From positions 54,066 to 118,065 of the forward strand of contig PCYA01000012.1 in the NCBI GenBank assembly GCA_002762795.1: a DNA stretch of 64,000 nt, in the 5' to 3' direction. The notes under the pieces were generated by a model. The model was not told where the DNA came from. It saw only the letters and a list, made by a program, of their open reading frames with translations, and made no database searches. Positions 8,030 through 16,214 of this stretch are shown here, piece by piece; the first letter of the stretch is position 1, and every line of letters starts with the position of its first letter. Position numbers and translations under genes: made by a program. Source of the DNA: Candidatus Woesearchaeota archaeon CG10_big_fil_rev_8_21_14_0_10_37_12 (GTDB lineage: Archaea > Nanobdellota > Nanobdellia > Woesearchaeales > ARS49).

Positions 8030-8752
8030 TTACTTACTCATCGCCTGCTTTCTTAAATTTTGAGGCATCTTCTCAACAGCATAACGCAACGCAGTACGAG
8101 GCATTGTAGCTTTATTTTTCATTACAAAATCAAACACTTCTTTCTGAAAATTATCTGCCGCAACTTTTAACATCCAGCCATAACCTTTCTGCACCAAATC
8201 TTCTTTGTCGTGTAACAAAATTGTCGCAACGTCAAACACGTCTTTCAAATATGCATCATGCACGCTCCATGCACTGCCACCACGAATAAACCCAACAGCA
8301 GAAACACGACGCTTCCACATATTCTTGGATTTTGCCCACGATTTCACATTTGATTTGTACTCAGGAAACTTAACAATAAAATGACTCAACACACTCAAAC
8401 AAAAATCATCACACTTACCCCAATTATCAATATATTTATCAACCCATTTTTCTAACATCTTAAAATCAGCAGGTTCAAGCACTTCTTTGCAATATGAAAT
8501 CCACTGAATTGCAACAGTTGTTGTTTCTGTATAATTCTTTTTGAACAATTCTTCACAGAGCTTGAAAATTTCTTTCTTACTCTTATTTTTGACATCCTTA
8601 AAATACACTTTTGCAATCTTTCTTACAACAGGCGTTCTAACACTGAGCGAGGAAACATTCTGCTCTCCCTTAAAAAACACTAAACTATCTTCTTTATACT
8701 TCACATCAACATTCTTTTTCAAGTCAGCGATAATCTGGTTAATAAGAGACAT
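8030..8752 (-). CDS. DNA alkylation repair protein (AlkD-like HEAT-repeat family)
   Basis: WVDKYIDNWGKCDDFC, WKRRVSAVGF and QKGYGWMLK blocks are typical of the PF08713-type family. Confidence 0.7.
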   Translation of the reverse strand: MSLINQIIADLKKNVDVKYKEDSLVFFKGEQNVSSLSVRTPVVRKIAKVYFKDVKNKSKKEIFKLCEELFKKNYTETTTVAIQWISYCKEVLEPADFKMLEKWVDKYIDNWGKCDDFCLSVLSHFIVKFPEYKSNVKSWAKSKNMWKRRVSAVGFIRGGSAWSVHDAYLKDVFDVATILLHDKEDLVQKGYGWMLKVAADNFQKEVFDFVMKNKATMPRTALRYAVEKMPQNLRKQAMSK

Positions 8753-8825
8753 GATGTCTTTCTTTTCCCTTTATTATTAAAGGCTTTGCGCTTGTTGTTG
8801 TCCAATGGGAAGTGATACCTTTGAC

Positions 8826-8985
8826 ATGTCGGAATGCCACTCGTGTTTCTTCACGAGTGGCTTACTGGAGCGAGTGGCATTCCGAGCATGATCAAGAACC
8901 ACTGGACTATATTATCTTATGACTTTCTGAACAGTCATGCCACTGGTGTTGAGCACCGCAGTGCGATCACCAGTGGTTCTTGACA
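8826..8985. repeat. nested-palindrome element, copy C1
   Basis: CGGAATGCCACTCGTG..CACGAGTGG..CGAGTGGCATTCCG, followed by ATGATCAAGAACCACTGG...CCACTGGTG..CACCAGTGGTTCTTGACA. Confidence 0.6.
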
Positions 8986-9324
8986 AATCTACTCAAAAAC
9001 TTTTATTTTTTTGAATTCTTTATCCAATGTTGCTATGTTGCTCCTTTTTTCAACTTGCATTAATGCACACTTGTACAATCAGTGAACCTCAGTGAATGCT
9101 GTTTTTTGAATAATTCCCAGAACTTTATTGCTTTATCAAGATCTTTTACACAAACATAAATACACTCTAGCGCTGAAGTTGTCATAAACGACAATATGTA
9201 CAATTCATTTATTAACTCATTGTTGGCATAATTCAATAGTGAAAAATAAAAGATTATCAATTAGTTTATTTTTCTGATCTACAATTTTTACATAAATCAT
9301 AACAAATCAGAGGTAAAAACTGAA

Positions 9325-9798
9325 ATGATGGGAAGAACACACGCAATAATAGGACTACTGACTGCGTTAGTGCTATTTCCTTTCTTTGACATACACTGGG
9401 CGCTATTTATTCCATTAGTAGTGCTTGCAAGCTACTTGCCAGATGTTGATCATGAGAACAGTAAAATAAACAGAGTAATTCCATTAACACGATTAGTTCC
9501 AAAATTTTTCAAACACAGAGGATTCTTTCATAGTGCATTTCCGCCGTTACTTATTTACTTGATAGCATGGCATTACGGATATTTGCACATTGGAATACCA
9601 ATCACAATAGGATATTTGAGTCACTTGATATCAGATAGTTTAACAAAACTCGGCTGCAATTTTTTACATCCCATCAGCAACTTCAGAATATCCGGCTTTG
9701 TAACAACTGGCGGCAAAATGGAATATCTTGTTTTTGCAGGAGCAGCTATTCTTAGCCTCTTGGTAACGGCACGAGCGCTAGGTATACTCCACTTGTAG
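9325..9798 (+). CDS. membrane-bound metal-dependent hydrolase (YdjM/DUF457-like)
   Basis: GRTHAIIG, LPDVDH and SHLISDSLT motifs with 4-5 hydrophobic segments. Confidence 0.65.
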   Translation: MMGRTHAIIGLLTALVLFPFFDIHWALFIPLVVLASYLPDVDHENSKINRVIPLTRLVPKFFKHRGFFHSAFPPLLIYLIAWHYGYLHIGIPITIGYLSHLISDSLTKLGCNFLHPISNFRISGFVTTGGKMEYLVFAGAAILSLLVTARALGILHL

Positions 9799-10342
9799 AA
9801 CGACGACGGTGACGCGGTTGATCTGCTTTCGTAACCATTCCTTCTCGCTCTTCATACGTTATTGGACCAGACCTGCCAGACAACTCCTTAAGCAAACCAT
9901 CAAATTTTTCCTCCTGCTGCGCCTTAATAATAACACTTTCTTCAGTTAAACCTAACCTTTGTAGTACTTGATCATCATGGTCGCTTATAGCTCCTGTATA
10001 AAAGAAAAATCTTTCTAAATTAACACCACGATCACGCAAATGAACGTAAACTTGTTCAGGAGCATTAGATTCAAAATCAGTCAAATCAAGACAATTCTTT
10101 TTAAGTTTCATATCAACAAGATACGCACGAGGCAAACTCTCTTGTGCACAAGATCCTAAATAATCCAGCGCTTCTTTGCCTGTTGCAAACGCCCTTGCGC
10201 GCAAACCATACGATTCTGCACGAGCTACTGCACACTCTCTCACAAAATCAGTATCATCAACAATGAACAAATCAAGTGCACTCACACTCACAGAAATAGG
10301 CTCTGGGCATTCGGCCCGCTCAAGATCGCGGTCTAGCGCCAT
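9752..10342 (-). CDS. stand-alone receiver (CheY-like) domain protein
   Basis: DLFIVDDTDF, AYLVDMKL (acceptor Asp position), FFFYTG and IIKA. Visibly GC-richer than its surroundings. The 3-prime end overlaps the convergent gene by 47 nt. Confidence 0.5.
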   Translation of the reverse strand: MALDRDLERAECPEPISVSVSALDLFIVDDTDFVRECAVARAESYGLRARAFATGKEALDYLGSCAQESLPRAYLVDMKLKKNCLDLTDFESNAPEQVYVHLRDRGVNLERFFFYTGAISDHDDQVLQRLGLTEESVIIKAQQEEKFDGLLKELSGRSGPITYEEREGMVTKADQPRHRRRSTSGVYLALVPLPRG

Positions 10343-10477
10343 ACATCTACATATGATGAACTAACATATAAATATATTCCTATACATTTACGAAAAAAAG
10401 CCTCCTGTTACTATATCTTTAAATACCCCCTGATTTCTGCAATTAATACAAAATATAAATTAGTGAGGTAGATAATT

Positions 10478-10891
10478 ATGTACGGAGAATTCAACTATCT
10501 TGCTGTGTTAATCGCAGCAATCGTCAGCATTGCACTAGGAATGATCTGGTACGCACAACCAGTATTCGGCAAACTTTGGCTAAAACTAAACGGATACACA
10601 ACTAAAGACGCCAAAAAAATGAAAAAAGAATGCAGTGGAAAAACATACATTGCAGCAATCATCGCAGCACTTGTTACAGCAGCAGTTTTAGAACTAGCAA
10701 TGAATTACATCAATGCAGTAACATTCGCTAATGGATTATACGTAGGCTTTTTTGTCTGGCTCGGATTTGCTGCCCCAATCATGCTTGGAAGCGTACTCTG
10801 GGAACAAAAACCAGTCAAAGCATACTTGTTGAATGTTGCATTTTACTTAGTTAACCTCTTAATCATCAGCGGAATACTGGCTGCATGGTAA
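10478..10891 (+). CDS. DUF1761-like membrane protein
   Basis: N-terminus NYLAVLIAAIVSIALGMIWYAQPVFGKLW with four TM segments. TATA-like CTTTAAATACC lies upstream. Confidence 0.6.
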   Translation: MYGEFNYLAVLIAAIVSIALGMIWYAQPVFGKLWLKLNGYTTKDAKKMKKECSGKTYIAAIIAALVTAAVLELAMNYINAVTFANGLYVGFFVWLGFAAPIMLGSVLWEQKPVKAYLLNVAFYLVNLLIISGILAAW

Positions 10892-10896
10892 TATTT

Positions 10897-10943
10897 GGTA
10901 AGCAGTATACGGTAAACAGTAGGCAGTGAGCTGTAAGAAGTTT
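10897..10943 (+). repeat. GTAARCAGT-type repeat, copy R2
   Basis: The sequence ggtaagcagtatacggtaaacagtaggcagtgagctgtaagaagttt lies just after the stop of the upstream plus-strand gene. Confidence 0.5.
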
Positions 10944-10959
10944 ATTTTTGTTTTTCCTT

Positions 10960-11367
10960 TCAATCCAAACTTATTCTTTTTATTCCACTTATTCCTTCAA
11001 AGTCTTTGTCGTCACTAATAATTTCTTTTATTTCATGCTTGATGATTGTAGCGTAGTGAATAGCATCTCTTGGATCTAATTTTGCGTTTTCTTTTAAGAG
11101 AGTAATTGAAACTTGAATTATGTGTTTATCCATGGGGAGAATTTCTAAATTACTAATCTTGAGTATTCTTTCACATTCTCTAACTGCCAGACTTCGATCG
11201 CTTGTTTTCTTCCAAATTACGTGAAAAACCTCATCAATAGTCAACGCACTTGTTGCTGCGCGTTTGTTCACTTCAACAATTTCTCTCAGATATGTCCTTG
11301 CAACGTCACCTTTACTTCCGTCGTTCAAACAAGCAAAAATGAATACATTTGCATCTATATACTCCAT
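10960..11367 (-). CDS. vapC: PIN-domain toxin (VapC-like)
   Basis: MEYIDANVFIFA (first acidic residue), TIDEV, and DPRDAIHYA..SDDKDF. Start chosen at the internal ATG at 11367, overlapping the vapB stop by 13 nt. Confidence 0.7.
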   Translation of the reverse strand: MEYIDANVFIFACLNDGSKGDVARTYLREIVEVNKRAATSALTIDEVFHVIWKKTSDRSLAVRECERILKISNLEILPMDKHIIQVSITLLKENAKLDPRDAIHYATIIKHEIKEIISDDKDFEGISGIKRISLD

Positions 11368-11633
11368 TTTGCATATCTCCCTGAGTATTCTTCTTTCCAA
11401 TTCACTTGTTTTGGCCAAACAATCTTCTTCTTCCTTGCTACTTCAAGTCCGTCTTTAAACAACTCCTCAAGAACGTCTAGTCCACCCTGTTTTTTTTTAA
11501 CAATAATATTCTTATCCTCAACATCAAAGACAATTTCTGTGTTTGATGAAATATTAAACTGATCTCTAATGGGTTTTGGAATTACAACCTGACCTTTCTC
11601 ACCAACCTTTGCAGTTAACTGAATTCCTACCAT
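11355..11633 (-). CDS. vapB: AbrB/SpoVT-type antitoxin (VapB-like)
   Basis: KVGEKGQVVIPKPIRDQFNI looped-hinge-helix motif. TATA-like CTTATATAG lies ~27 nt upstream of the ATG at 11633. Confidence 0.65.
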   Translation of the reverse strand: MVGIQLTAKVGEKGQVVIPKPIRDQFNISSNTEIVFDVEDKNIIVKKKQGGLDVLEELFKDGLEVARKKKIVWPKQVNWKEEYSGRYAKWSI

Positions 11634-11691
11634 AAAGTATGAAAAGGTCATACTGCTATATAAGATTTATGGTTTTAAATTTCTTTAATCT

Positions 11692-11771
11692 CCTTCGGAG
11701 TCGTCAAAAACATAGTTTTTGAGCGTGATCAAAAATTCACACTATCATATTATTTTTGTGAATTTCTGACA
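11692..11771. repeat. degenerate short relative (C4) of the nested-palindrome element
   Basis: GAGCGTGATCAAAAATTCACAC..GTGAATTTCTGACA keeps the GAGCRTGATCAA...TTCTGACA frame of C1-C3, but with a different stem sequence. Confidence 0.3.
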
Positions 11772-11830
11772 TAAATAAATTTATTGGGTTTAAAACCCAA
11801 ACTTTTAGGTCTTTAATTAAAATAAAAAAA

Positions 11831-12598
11831 TTAAACAATATGTTTTCCAATCCAGCTTTTGTCGAGTATTTCACGAAGCGGACTTGTTGTATGGGCAAGT
11901 GCGTCCAGCCAGGTTTGAACTTTTAATTTATCTGTTTCGTTTTCTTGCTCGGTTGGATCCCACAATGTTCGTGCATCAAGAAGCCCTTTGCTCCTGCGTC
12001 CAAACGTATTTGGTGCTACTCCTTTGTATAACAAACTTTCAATGTTACACAAACTACTGTCTTCAGGTAGGCTATCGAGCGCATAACGTATATAGCCAAG
12101 TTTGCCTGCATGACGTTCGCCTTGCGAAACAATCACAACAGGAACATTGCGGTCTTTACAATAGTTTGCAACACCAAACCCATGCGGAAACTCACCTTCA
12201 TACATATTGCCACTCAATAAAGCATAGCCTCTATCTGCAGCATCACACATTTTTTCAAGAGATTCACGAAAATTGTCAGAACAACCGTCTAACGATGCTC
12301 GCATTTCATCAATTCCTGGTTTTATTTGTTCACAGATCGTTTTAATCCAACTCGTATGTTCTCTTGCACTGCCTTCAGAATCACCAAATGGGAAAAACAA
12401 ATCAGAGATAACTCCATCATATTTTTGTTTTTCTAATGTAATGATCGCGCTTGAAAAATCAGGAGCATATGTTACACTGAATTCAGGAAGCCCGTCCATT
12501 TTTGCTGTTCTATTTACTCTCCTGACTGCTGTTTCTGCAACAGTACGATACTCAGCATTGTCTTCAACGATCAATATTTTATAGTTTTCTTTTGTCAT
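11831..12598 (-). CDS. atypical receiver-like protein with a large insertion and a C-terminal extension (paralog 1)
   Basis: KILIVEDN, DGVISDLFFP and PVVIVSQGERHAGKLG. AGGTGA lies 5 nt upstream of the ATG at 12598. Clearly homologous to the next gene. Confidence 0.55.
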   Translation of the reverse strand: MTKENYKILIVEDNAEYRTVAETAVRRVNRTAKMDGLPEFSVTYAPDFSSAIITLEKQKYDGVISDLFFPFGDSEGSAREHTSWIKTICEQIKPGIDEMRASLDGCSDNFRESLEKMCDAADRGYALLSGNMYEGEFPHGFGVANYCKDRNVPVVIVSQGERHAGKLGYIRYALDSLPEDSSLCNIESLLYKGVAPNTFGRRSKGLLDARTLWDPTEQENETDKLKVQTWLDALAHTTSPLREILDKSWIGKHIV

Positions 12599-12645
12599 TG
12601 TCTTCACCTATACTCTCATTAAAACGGTCTTTTTGATACGCACCA

Positions 12646-13449
12646 CTATTCTACCAAATCAATTCGACTAATCCTGTTCTCCCAATACCCAACTGTCTTC
12701 TTCAGACCACTTGTTACATGGAATAACGCGTCAGCCCATACTTGTGGTTCTCTTTTATCTACTGTTTCTCTTGTTTCATGTTCACTAAATTTCAGTCCTC
12801 TATCTCTAGGTTCGTCAAAAAGACAGGGTACACTACCATGATAAAGAAAAGACGTCTCCATTCCAGGCACTCCTAAAGATTTGTCTATTCCATAAAGTGC
12901 ACTATGCAAATCGCCAAGCTTCCCTTTGTGACGTTCCCCTTGAGAGATTATAGTATAAGGGATTTCTCTTTCAGCACAATATCTGGCAATACTTAATCCA
13001 TGAGGAAATTCTCCAATATACTGATCTTGACTTAATAGCTCTAATCCTCTTTCAACTCTTGAAATAAGATCGGCTTTCGTTTGCCAAAACTCATCTTTGT
13101 TAGGATTACCGTCTAGTCCTACTCTTGATTTAGAAAGGTTGTTCACAATACTTTCCACTACTGGTCGTATCCAACCACTATACTCCTGCATAAGTTCACA
13201 CACTGCCGAACGATCAATAGAGGAATCGCTAGCGGGCATGAATAAATCAGAAGCTACACCATCAAATTTTTCAGTTTCAAGAGCGACAATACCATCCATA
13301 AATGTTGGAACATGTTTCACGTCAAACAATGGGACAGCAGGTTTGTTTTTCCCCATAAATTTGTTGATTCGAGCAAAAGAAGCTCTAGCTGCCTCAACAA
13401 ATTCTTCTGTGTCTTCTATTACTAATAATTTGTAATTTTCTTTCGTCAT
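12646..13449 (-). CDS. atypical receiver-like protein (paralog 2)
   Basis: KLLVIEDT, DGVASDLFMP and YTIISQGERHKGKLG. AGGTGA lies 6 nt upstream of the ATG at 13449. The ORF-track start at 13518 was rejected. Confidence 0.55.
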   Translation of the reverse strand: MTKENYKLLVIEDTEEFVEAARASFARINKFMGKNKPAVPLFDVKHVPTFMDGIVALETEKFDGVASDLFMPASDSSIDRSAVCELMQEYSGWIRPVVESIVNNLSKSRVGLDGNPNKDEFWQTKADLISRVERGLELLSQDQYIGEFPHGLSIARYCAEREIPYTIISQGERHKGKLGDLHSALYGIDKSLGVPGMETSFLYHGSVPCLFDEPRDRGLKFSEHETRETVDKREPQVWADALFHVTSGLKKTVGYWENRISRIDLVE

Positions 13450-13569
13450 AGTTTTCACCTTTGTTTTATTACTAAGAAGGAGTACACATTTGAAGCATAT
13501 AAATTTAGAGCCCCCCATAAGGGGTATTTTTAGAAAGCTTTAAGAGCCAAAGATATATTAAATAAAAAC

Positions 13570-14331
13570 ATGAATCTTTCACTCCTCAAAAATATTGGAC
13601 TAACAGACTCAGAAATCAAAGTCTACTTAGCACTTTTGGAACTTGGCTCAACAACAAAAGGACCAATTGTAGACAAATCAGGAGTTGCATCAAGCAAAAT
13701 CTATGAATTGTTAGAAAAACTGCAACAAAAGGGGCTTGTCTCTTCGGTTATTCGTTCAGGAGTTAAACATTTTGAATCAGCACCGCCAAGCAGATTACTT
13801 GATTATGTTAAACAAAAAGAAACAGAAATCAAAAAACAAGAAGAACAATTACAAAAACTCATACCATCATTAGAACTCAAACGAAGCCTTGCAGGAATAG
13901 GATCAGAAACACAAGTATTCAAAGGAATGAAAGGAGCAGAAACAAGCTTTGCAGACATACTTAACACTCTGAAAAAAGGAGATGAATACTATGTTCTTGG
14001 CATATCGAAATTTACACCACACTTTGAACGATTTGTAATACACTTTCATGAAAAAAGAGCAAAAGTAGGAATCAAATGCAAAATAATTGTTAATGAAACA
14101 GCAAAAGATATTGGCAAAAAACTCGAAAAAATACCACTTACAAAGATTCGGTATGTGCAAAAAGAATTATTCACACCAGTTGTGTTTATTATTTATGCAG
14201 ATAAAACACTCATCAGCATAGGACTGGATGAAATATTTATACAAGTCACATCCAAAAATCTGACAGGTGGAATGAGAGCTTATGCCAAATACATGTATGG
14301 GATCGGGAAAATTATGACTTTTTCTTTTTGA
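13570..14331 (+). CDS. TrmB-family transcriptional regulator
   Basis: N-terminal wHTH is IGLTDSEIKVYLALLELGSTTKGPIVDKSGVASSKIYELLEKLQQKGLV. Confidence 0.75.
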   Translation: MNLSLLKNIGLTDSEIKVYLALLELGSTTKGPIVDKSGVASSKIYELLEKLQQKGLVSSVIRSGVKHFESAPPSRLLDYVKQKETEIKKQEEQLQKLIPSLELKRSLAGIGSETQVFKGMKGAETSFADILNTLKKGDEYYVLGISKFTPHFERFVIHFHEKRAKVGIKCKIIVNETAKDIGKKLEKIPLTKIRYVQKELFTPVVFIIYADKTLISIGLDEIFIQVTSKNLTGGMRAYAKYMYGIGKIMTFSF

Positions 14332-14337
14332 GTTATA

Positions 14338-14913
14338 TTAGATTCCTAATATGTTTTGCTTTCTTTCGTTCACAAATTTTTCAAACCAGAGATAATTCTC
14401 CTGACTTTTTGAGCCTGTTTCATTATCACAACGATAAAAGATCAAGTACAATTGAGCATTATCTCTTAATTTTACAAGAAGCTTTTCTGCACGTGCCTTT
14501 GCAACTTCCCAATTTCCATCACGAGAACCTTTTTGCCATGCATTATACGCTTCATCATGCAATTCAAGCAGTTTTAACACCACTTTGTCTTTGATATATT
14601 TTTCAGCAAATCGCCTTGCTATCATCCCATGATGATTTTCTCCCATTTTAGGTTTTGTGATATCTACTTTATGCTTAAAAGTGTCATGAAGAAGCGCAAG
14701 AAAACGAAGCTGTTCTCTATTCTCAGAAAAGCCATACTTCTCAACATTATCCAGCACCTCTCTAATATGATACCCAACTTGTCCTTCCGGGTGACCTTGC
14801 CTAGGCTCTCCCCAAAATGCGCCTTCCATAAACTCTTTATCACTAATAATTTTTCTCTCTATATCAGTCTCTGGCAAAAGCAATTGAACTAATTGATCAT
14901 GTGTGCTGAGCAT
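14338..14913 (-). CDS. HD-domain phosphohydrolase
   Basis: HPEGQVGYH ... LALLHDTFK (H...HD). Confidence 0.6.
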   Translation of the reverse strand: MLSTHDQLVQLLLPETDIERKIISDKEFMEGAFWGEPRQGHPEGQVGYHIREVLDNVEKYGFSENREQLRFLALLHDTFKHKVDITKPKMGENHHGMIARRFAEKYIKDKVVLKLLELHDEAYNAWQKGSRDGNWEVAKARAEKLLVKLRDNAQLYLIFYRCDNETGSKSQENYLWFEKFVNERKQNILGI

Positions 14914-14943
14914 GCCTTAATAGAATAAACAAGAGTATTTTTA

Positions 14944-15528
14944 TTACTTTCTAAGTATCCAATAATTAGTATCATCGAAAGATCCGCTATCTATTATCTT
15001 TAGCTCTGGTTGTATTTCTAAAAACTGCTTTGCAGAACGTATTTGCCCTTTTTTTAAGTCAAGCTTTTTTTGGTCAAACTCAGGAGCTCCTTCAGTTAAT
15101 ACAGGATCTGCCCATTTTTTAATAAATTCATCAGGCTCAAGAACAATCACAAGCCCTTTATCTTTCAAATGGTTAATCACTTCACTCCACGCTTTCCCAA
15201 ACTTAGTAAAGTGAAAAGAATACGCAAACAAAACAACATCATATTTTTTATCAAAAGGAATTGACTCTGCAACACCTACAACATATTTTGCTTTTGAACT
15301 TTGAGATAAACTCCTTTTTGCTAACTCAACATACTCTTCATCAGGATCAAACCCATCATACGATTTAAATTTATTCGCTAAAAAACTTCCACAGCGACCA
15401 TTCCCAATACCAACTTCCAACAAATCAAGGTCTTTTGTTAACTTTATTTTCTTACACGCAGTAAGTATAAAATCTCTTTTCTTAGCATTACTCTCACTTA
15501 AACCAGTATTGAACAATACTTTCGTCAT
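14944..15528 (-). CDS. class I SAM-dependent methyltransferase
   Basis: LLEVGIGNGRCG (motif I), GFDPD and DVVLFAYSFHF. Confidence 0.7.
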   Translation of the reverse strand: MTKVLFNTGLSESNAKKRDFILTACKKIKLTKDLDLLEVGIGNGRCGSFLANKFKSYDGFDPDEEYVELAKRSLSQSSKAKYVVGVAESIPFDKKYDVVLFAYSFHFTKFGKAWSEVINHLKDKGLVIVLEPDEFIKKWADPVLTEGAPEFDQKKLDLKKGQIRSAKQFLEIQPELKIIDSGSFDDTNYWILRK

Positions 15529-15547
15529 GGACTGTAAATACTTCGAT

Positions 15548-15691
15548 ATGTCGGAATGCCACTCGTGTGTGTCACGAGTGGTTTACTGGAGCGAGAGGCA
15601 TTCCGAGCATGATCAAGAACCACTGGTCATTACAAGCGAAGATGAAGCTATCGCTTCATGCCACTGGTCTATTGACTGGTGGTTCTTGACA
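15548..15691. repeat. nested-palindrome element, copy C2
   Basis: Near-identical 5-prime half to C1. The 3-prime half (ATGATCAAGAACCACTGGTCATTACAAGCGAAGATGAAGCTATCGCTTCATGCCACTGGTC..GACTGGTGGTTCTTGACA) is near-identical to C3. Confidence 0.6.
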
Positions 15692-15843
15692 CTTTATAAA
15701 TTAAATCACTGGACACTGGACAACCTGCTTCTTGAAGTATTTAAACAAAACAGTGTATTAGCATAGTATTGCGAGCACCTCGCTCACAACAAAACCGTTG
15801 TGGGTGTGAAACAAAAAGCGAATAGCAAATGAGGTGAAATAAA

Positions 15844-16149
15844 ATGGAACAAAAAAACCAACCGGAAAAAAGATTTAGCACAGGAGCAATTGTAGCCACA
15901 CTGTGGAAAAACAACTTAATAGACAAACAAGGAAAACCTTTTGAAACTCACAGCGTGAGTCTTGAAAGACGCTACAAAGACAACCAAGGAAACTGGAAAG
16001 GAACCAGTAGCTTACGACTTAACGATCTGCCTAAAGCAGCCTTAGTGTTGGCTGAAGCCTACAAACATCTCGTTCTAGCGGCCAACACACCTCAACAACA
16101 CATGCCAACCCAAAGCCCAGCAGCGCAAGCTGCGGGCATTTCATACTAA
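15844..16149 (+). CDS. small hypothetical protein, tentatively a PC4/YdbC-like ssDNA-binding fold
   Basis: GAGGTGA lies 6 nt upstream of the ATG. The pattern [10 protein letters not shown] / [11 protein letters not shown] / [23 protein letters not shown] looks like beta-beta-beta-alpha. The function guess is weak. Confidence 0.45.
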   Translation: MEQKNQPEKRFSTGAIVATLWKNNLIDKQGKPFETHSVSLERRYKDNQGNWKGTSSLRLNDLPKAALVLAEAYKHLVLAANTPQQHMPTQSPAAQAAGISY

Positions 16150-16151
16150 CA

Positions 16152-16190
16152 AGAGGTGCTGTTAAAGTTGAAAACTTTACCAGCACCTCC
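16152..16190 (+). promoter_or_regulatory. extended hairpin between the small ORF and radA, whose 3-prime arm is complementary to the radA SD
   Basis: GAGGTGCTG (16153-16161) pairs with CAGCACCTC (16181-16189), with an inner stem TAAAGTT/AACTTTA. CACCTCC (16184-16190) is also complementary to GGAGGTG (16201-16207). Confidence 0.45.
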
Positions 16191-16214
16191 TCGTTTCAAT
16201 CGGAGGTGAACCAA

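Noticed and set aside
9060-9260. 66-aa ORF with a VKDLDKAIKFWE block reminiscent of glyoxalase/VOC proteins.
   Set aside because: It is too short, no start context is visible, and the remainder has no family features. At most it is a decayed fragment.
10353-10432. C/D-box sRNA candidate (ATGATGA at 10353 and CTGA at about 10427).
   Set aside because: No internal C-prime or D-prime boxes or terminal stem were found. The spacing is too long. The region also has to hold the TATA box of the 10478 gene.
15509-15766. 85-aa ORF spanning repeat copy C2.
   Set aside because: It is composed almost entirely of the palindromic repeat. The equivalent frames are not open in copies C1 and C3.
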